Of a stretch of 64,000 nt of DNA, positions 59,522 to 64,000 are shown in pieces. Location of the stretch: NCBI GenBank assembly GCA_963771645.1, contig CAVYUH010000014.1, positions 62,146 to 126,145 on the forward strand. Direction: 5' to 3'. The notes under the pieces are model-generated. The model worked only from the letters and a program-made list of their open reading frames with translations. It was not told where the DNA came from and searched no databases. The first letter of the stretch is position 1, and each line of letters begins with the position of its first letter. Source of the DNA: an uncultured Actinomycetota bacterium. Lineage in GTDB: Bacteria; Actinomycetota; Actinomycetes; Actinomycetales; Microbacteriaceae. A program made the position numbers and the translations under genes.

Positions 59522-62500
59522 ATGCACCTCGATGCGGCAGAGATCCGCGGCCGGGCCGCCCGCACGCTCGAGGAGCGGATCGGGCCGGCCCGCACCCCCG
59601 AGGCGATGTCCCTCACCGTCACCGCGCGCGACGTCCCCGGCGAGCCGGTGCCGTTCGCCGAGGCGCTCGACTGCCCGTTCGCGCCCGTTGCGGCGGGCGA
59701 CTGGTGGGGCACCCCGTGGTCCACCCGGTGGTTCCGCATCCGCGGTGGGATTCCCGACGGCTGGCCGCTCGAGGACGTCGAGGTGGTCGCCGAGCTCGGG
59801 TTCCGCGCCGAGCAGACCGGCTTCCAGCTCGAGGGCCTGGCGTACGCGCCGGACGGACGGCGGGTGAAGGGCGTGCATCCGGCGTCTCGCTGGATCCCCG
59901 CGGATCGAGTGCTCGACGACCGCGGCGCGATCGACCTGCTCATCGAGGCCGCCGCGAACCCGGTCGTGCTCCCGGTGTCGTCGCACGGCATCCCGGTCGC
60001 GTTCCGCCCGACCCTGCTCGGCGACCCGGCGACCGCCGGCGACGATCCGCAGTACCGGTTCGAGGGCGTGCACGTCGTGCGCCGCGACCCGGCGGTCGTC
60101 GAGCTGTTCGCCGACCTCGAGGTCGCCCTGCAGCTCGAGGCCGAGCTGCAGCCCGGGTCGACCCGGGCCTGGGCCCTGCTGTCCGGGATCGAGCGCTGCC
60201 TCGACGTGCTGGACGGCGGACCGATCGCCGGGACCGTGGGCCGCGCGCGTGCCGTGCTCGCGAGCGCGGTCGACTCCCCCGCCTCGCCGCACGGCCACCG
60301 CATCAGCGCCATCGGCCACTCGCACATCGACTCGGCCTGGCTCTGGCCGTTCCGGGAGACCCGGCGCAAGGTCGCGCGGACGATCGCGAACGTGCTGCAC
60401 CTGCTCGACACGGATCCGCAGCTCCGCTTCACGATGTCGTCCGCGCAGCAGCTCGCATGGCTGCAAGGAGGACGCGCCCGACCTCTTCGCCCGCATCCGC
60501 CCCTACGTGGAGCAGGGCCGATTCCTGCCCGTCGGCGGCATGTGGGTCGAGTCGGACACGAACATGCCGAGCGGCGAGTCCCTCGTGCGTCAGCTCGTCG
60601 AGGGCGGCGAGTTCTTCGAGCGGGAGCTCGGCGTCGACGGCACCGACATCGGCTGGCTGCCCGACTCCTTCGGCTACCCGGGGGGCCTGCCGCAGATCCT
60701 CCGGCAGGCGGGCGCGCGCCGCTTCGTCACGCAGAAGATCTCCTGGAACCGCACGAACCGGTTCCCGCACCACACCTTCCGCTGGGAGGGCATCGACGGC
60801 AGCGTCGTGCTCACCCACTTCCCGTCCGCCGACACCTACAACTCGGACCTCTCGGGGCACGACCTCGCCTGGGCCGAGGCGAACTTCGCCGACAAGGCGG
60901 GCTCGAACCGCTCGCTCGTGCCGTTCGGCTACGGCGACGGCGGCGGCGGCCCGACGCGGGAGATGATGGCCCGCGCCCGGCGGACCGCCGACCTCGAGGG
61001 CTCGCCGCGGGTGGCGGTCGAGGCCCCGGCCGCGTTCTTCGCCGCGATCGAGCGGGAGTTCCCCGAGCCGCCCGTCTGGTCCGGCGAGCTGTACCTCGAG
61101 TTCCACCGCGGCGTGCTCACCTCGCAGGCGGCGATGAAGGAGGGCAACAGGGCCGCGGAGGCCGCGCTCCACGACGCGGAGCTGTGGGCCGCGACCGCCG
61201 CGGTCCGCACAGGGGTCCGCCTATCCCCAGGAGGAGCTCCGGGCGCTCTGGCGCCGTCTGCTGCTGCTGCAGTTCCACGACGTGCTGCCCGGCTCCGGCA
61301 TCGCCTGGGTGCACGACGAGGCCCGCTGCGAGTTCCGGGCGATCCGCGCCGAGGCCGACAGCCCTGACGGCCACCGCCCTCGGGCACCTGGGGCCCGGCG
61401 ACGCGGTCGCCAACCCCTCCCCCTTCGCGCAGGACGGCGTCCCGCCGATGTCCGTCGCGGACCGGGCGGCACCGGCCGACCCGGTCTCCGTCGACCCGGA
61501 CGGCGCCGGCTGGCGCCTCGCGAACGCCCGCCTGACCGTCCGGATCGACGGCGCGGGGCTCGTCCGCTCCCTCGTGGACGCCGCATCCGGCCGGGAGCTC
61601 GTCGCTCCGGGCGGCCGCGTCGGGCTGCTGCAGCTGCACCCCGACCATCCCGTGCGCTGGGACGCCTGGGACCTCGACGGCTACTACCGGAACACCGTGC
61701 AGGACCTCGACGCGGTCGACGCGATCGAGGCGACGACCGACGACGAGGGCGCCGTCGTACGGGTCCGCCGCTCGGTCGGCGACACCCGCATCCTCCAGAC
61801 GCTCCGGCTGCGCCCCGGCGCCGCCGTGCTCGACCTCGGCGTGGAGGTCGACTGGCAGGAGACGGAGCGGATCCTGAAGGCGTCGCACGACCTCGACATC
61901 GCGCCCGAGACCTGGGCCGCGGAGACGCAGTTCGGCCACATCCACCGGCCCACCCACGCGAACACGAGCTGGGACGCCGCGAAGTTCGAGGCCTGCGCCC
62001 ACCGCTGGATCCACCTCGGCGAGGGCGCGTTCGGCATCGGGATCGCGAACCGGCGCACCTACGGGCACGAGGTGCGCCGGGTGAGCGGGATGGACGCCGA
62101 GCCGTGGACCGTCGCCCGGCTCTCGCTGCTGCGTGCACCCCGCTTCCCGGATCCCGACACCGACCGGGGCGAGCACCGGTTCGCGTGGTCGATCGGCGCC
62201 GCCCCCGGGATCGGCGACGTGGTCGAGCAGGGCTGGCGCCTCGCCCACCCCCTGCGGCAGGCGGGCGCCCCGGCCGCCGCCCTCGTCGGCAGCGACGACC
62301 CGGACGTCGTGATCGACGCGGTGAAGCTCGCGTTCGACGGCTCCGGCGACGTCGTCGTCCGGCTGCACAACGCCGCGGAGGGCCGGCGCACCGCCCGGCT
62401 GCGGCTCGGCTTCGACGCCGCAGGGCAGCAGCTCGTCGACCTCCGCGAGCGCTCGCTGCCCGATGCCGCCGACCCGGCCGCCGGCATCCCGCTGCCGCCC

Positions 62501-62536
62501 TTCCGCTTCGCCACCGTGCGGATCCACCGTGCCTGA
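59522..62536 (+). CDS. GH38 alpha-mannosidase (indels)
   Basis: GHSHIDSAWLWP, GGMWVE, WLPDSFG, GYGDGGGGP, ELYLEFHRG, QFHDVLPG, AKFE. Confidence 0.92.
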   Translation: MHLDAAEIRGRAARTLEERIGPARTPEAMSLTVTARDVPGEPVPFAEALDCPFAPVAAGDWWGTPWSTRWFRIRGGIPDGWPLEDVEVVAELGFRAEQTGFQLEGLAYAPDGRRVKGVHPASRWIPADRVLDDRGAIDLLIEAAANPVVLPVSSHGIPVAFRPTLLGDPATAGDDPQYRFEGVHVVRRDPAVVELFADLEVALQLEAELQPGSTRAWALLSGIERCLDVLDGGPIAGTVGRARAVLASAVDSPASPHGHRISAIGHSHIDSAWLWPFRETRRKVARTIANVLHLLDTDPQLRFTMSSAQQLAWLQGGRARPLRPHPPLRGAGPIPARRRHVGRVGHEHAERRVPRASARRGRRVLRAGARRRRHRHRLAARLLRLPGGPAADPPAGGRAPLRHAEDLLEPHEPVPAPHLPLGGHRRQRRAHPLPVRRHLQLGPLGARPRLGRGELRRQGGLEPLARAVRLRRRRRRPDAGDDGPRPADRRPRGLAAGGGRGPGRVLRRDRAGVPRAARLVRRAVPRVPPRRAHLAGGDEGGQQGRGGRAPRRGAVGRDRRGPHRGPPIPRRSSGRSGAVCCCCSSTTCCPAPASPGCTTRPAASSGRSAPRPTALTATALGHLGPGDAVANPSPFAQDGVPPMSVADRAAPADPVSVDPDGAGWRLANARLTVRIDGAGLVRSLVDAASGRELVAPGGRVGLLQLHPDHPVRWDAWDLDGYYRNTVQDLDAVDAIEATTDDEGAVVRVRRSVGDTRILQTLRLRPGAAVLDLGVEVDWQETERILKASHDLDIAPETWAAETQFGHIHRPTHANTSWDAAKFEACAHRWIHLGEGAFGIGIANRRTYGHEVRRVSGMDAEPWTVARLSLLRAPRFPDPDTDRGEHRFAWSIGAAPGIGDVVEQGWRLAHPLRQAGAPAAALVGSDDPDVVIDAVKLAFDGSGDVVVRLHNAAEGRRTARLRLGFDAAGQQLVDLRERSLPDAADPAAGIPLPPFRFATVRIHRA

Positions 62537-62569
62537 TTCGCCCGCCCCGGATTTGACAGGATCGATGCC

Positions 62570-62878
62570 GTGACCACCGTCCACACCCTCTCCCGAGTCC
62601 TCGCCCCCGCCCTCACCACCGGCGGCCTCCTCGCCGGCTACGGCACCGCCAGAGCGACCGGCGTCCGCGCGCTCGGCGGCGTCGTGCTCGCCGTCTTCGG
62701 CGCCGGTACCTTCGTCGTCGTGAACCGCGCGGTCGGCCCGGTCCGCGCCGGCGCGGTGACGGCCGCGTACCTCGGCGCGTTCGGCGGCTCCCATCCGCTC
62801 GCGAAGCGGCTCGGGGCGTGGGAGTCGGTGTTCGCCGTCGCCGCGGGCGCCGCGGTCGTCGCCGCCGTGGTCGGCTGA
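62570..62878 (+). CDS. Small membrane protein
   Basis: GYGTARATG...FGGSHPLAKRLGAW; hydrophobic. Confidence 0.7.
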   Translation: MTTVHTLSRVLAPALTTGGLLAGYGTARATGVRALGGVVLAVFGAGTFVVVNRAVGPVRAGAVTAAYLGAFGGSHPLAKRLGAWESVFAVAAGAAVVAAVVG

Positions 62879-62882
62879 GCCG

Positions 62883-63771
62883 GTGACCTACTCGATCGTC
62901 GCGCGGGATCCCGCGACCGGGCCATGGGCGTCGCCGTGCAGTCGCACTGGTTCGGCGTCGGCTCGGTCGTCCGCGCGGCATCAGCCGGGCTCGGCGCAGT
63001 CGCGACCCAGGCGATGCCGCAGGTGCAGCACAAGCCCCGCGCGCTCGCGATGCTCCGCGACGGGCGCTCCGCGGCGGAGATCATCGCCGCCCTCGTCGAG
63101 GGCGACCCGGCCTCCGCCTACCGTCAGTTCGCCGTCGTCGACGCGTCAGGGTCTCGCGGTCGCGCACACCGGCGCGTCCTGCGTCGCCGGCGGCCGGCCA
63201 GGCGAGCGGCGAGGGCTACGTCTGCCAGGCGAACATGATGCGCTCGGCCGACGTGTGGCCGGCGATGGCCGAGGCGTACGAGGCGACGATCGGCCGGGGC
63301 CTCGGCGCCGCGCTGCTCGCCGCGCTCGACGCCGCCGAGCTGGCCGGCGGCGACCTCCGCGGGCGGCAGGCCGCGGCGATCCTCATCGTGCCGGCGGAGG
63401 GGGCGGATGCCGACCGCCTGCTCGACGTGCGCGTCGAGGACTCGCCCGAGCCGCTCGCAGGAGCTGCACCGCCTGGTGGCGCTGAACGGGGCCTACCTGC
63501 TCGCCGACCAGGGCGACCAGCTGCTGGCCGGCGGGGACTTCGCCGCTGCCGCCGACCGGTACGTCGCAGCGCTACGAGTCCGCGCCCGACACCGTCGAGC
63601 TGAGGTTCTGGGCCGGCCTCGGCCTGATCGACCGCGGGCATGTCCGACCGCGGGCTCGTGCTGCTGAAGGAGACGATCGACGCGGACGCGAGCTGGCACG
63701 AGATGCTGCGCCGCCTCTCCCCCGAGATCGTGCCCTCCGCGCCCGAGGCGCTGCGCCTGCTCGGCGCCTGA
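62883..63771 (+). CDS. DUF1028 (Ntn-hydrolase) family protein with helical tail (indels)
   Basis: MTYSIVARDP, GVAVQSH, GAVATQA, AHTG, QANMM, GGDLRGRQAAA, DVRVED. Confidence 0.82.
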
Positions 63772-63847
63772 TCGCGCCGCTCCAGACCTGAGCCGGGTCG
63801 GCTCACTTTCGTCCCGGATCGGGAATGCCGCGCCCCTCCTGCGTTGA

Positions 63848-63868
63848 CTTGAGTCGAAGGCACTCAAG
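63848..63868. promoter_or_regulatory. HspR operator (HAIR) CTTGAGT-N7-ACTCAAG
   Basis: Exact consensus match; overlaps a TTGACT -35 at 63844-63849; SD AGGAGG at 63875-63880. Confidence 0.92.
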
Positions 63869-63885
63869 TTCCACAGGAGGATCCT

Positions 63886-64000
63886 TTGCCTGAGTACTTC
63901 GGCTCTGCTGCCGGTGACGGCTCGTTCGACGAGTTCCTCGCCCCGCATGCTCTCAGGCCAGCGGTCCGCATCGACGGGCCGGCCCATCGACATCAGCCGC
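63886..64000 (+). CDS. 5' end of probable Clp/Hsp100 ATPase (ClpC-like; truncated by window)
   Basis: TTG start after AGGAGG; MPEYFG...GSFDEFLA(R)...RPIDISR resembles the N-terminus of actinobacterial accessory Clp ATPases; HAIR upstream. Confidence 0.6.
   Translation, partial: MPEYFGSAAGDGSFDEFLAPHALRPAVRIDGPAHRHQP

Noticed and set aside
1-64000. CRISPR arrays, tRNA/rRNA, IS elements, prophage or defence systems
   Set aside because: No spaced repeats, RNA gene signatures, transposase, integrase, phage or defence motifs were recognised by eye; composition looks uniform

Overview
Chromosomal window from a very high-GC actinobacterium. Gene content and order suggest Microbacteriaceae (inference). 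It holds about 65 mostly housekeeping, metabolic or stress genes. I found no rRNA, tRNA, CRISPR array, prophage or transposase. Many genes are split by scattered 1-bp indels, most densely at 24-31 kb and 42-49 kb; these look like long-read consensus errors, so several CDS boundaries are reconstructed. Main loci: pgsA2-garA-ftsR-Rv1830-like cluster; DeoR plus fructose-type PTS EIIABC without fruK; hydroxyproline epimerase/deaminase pair; a sulfur-type operon (cysteine synthase-like, NtaA/DmoA monooxygenase and a HAL-fold lyase lacking the MIO motif) facing a GNAT and a class V aminotransferase; a TipA-like MerR with a textbook 19-bp-spacer promoter; CsoR/permease/VIT1/Fluc ion-homeostasis block; a three-gene amide/peptide ligation operon (GCS2 ligase fused to a circularly permuted ATP-grasp, Gln amidotransferase, S9 peptidase); LacI/GDE-like hydrolase/sugar ABC; cysK-cysE-ybaK; GH38 mannosidase; and a perfect HspR HAIR site before a Clp ATPase. 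The two strongest candidates for undescribed systems are the ligase-fusion operon (27051-33259) and the MIO-less lyase operon (13123-18756).
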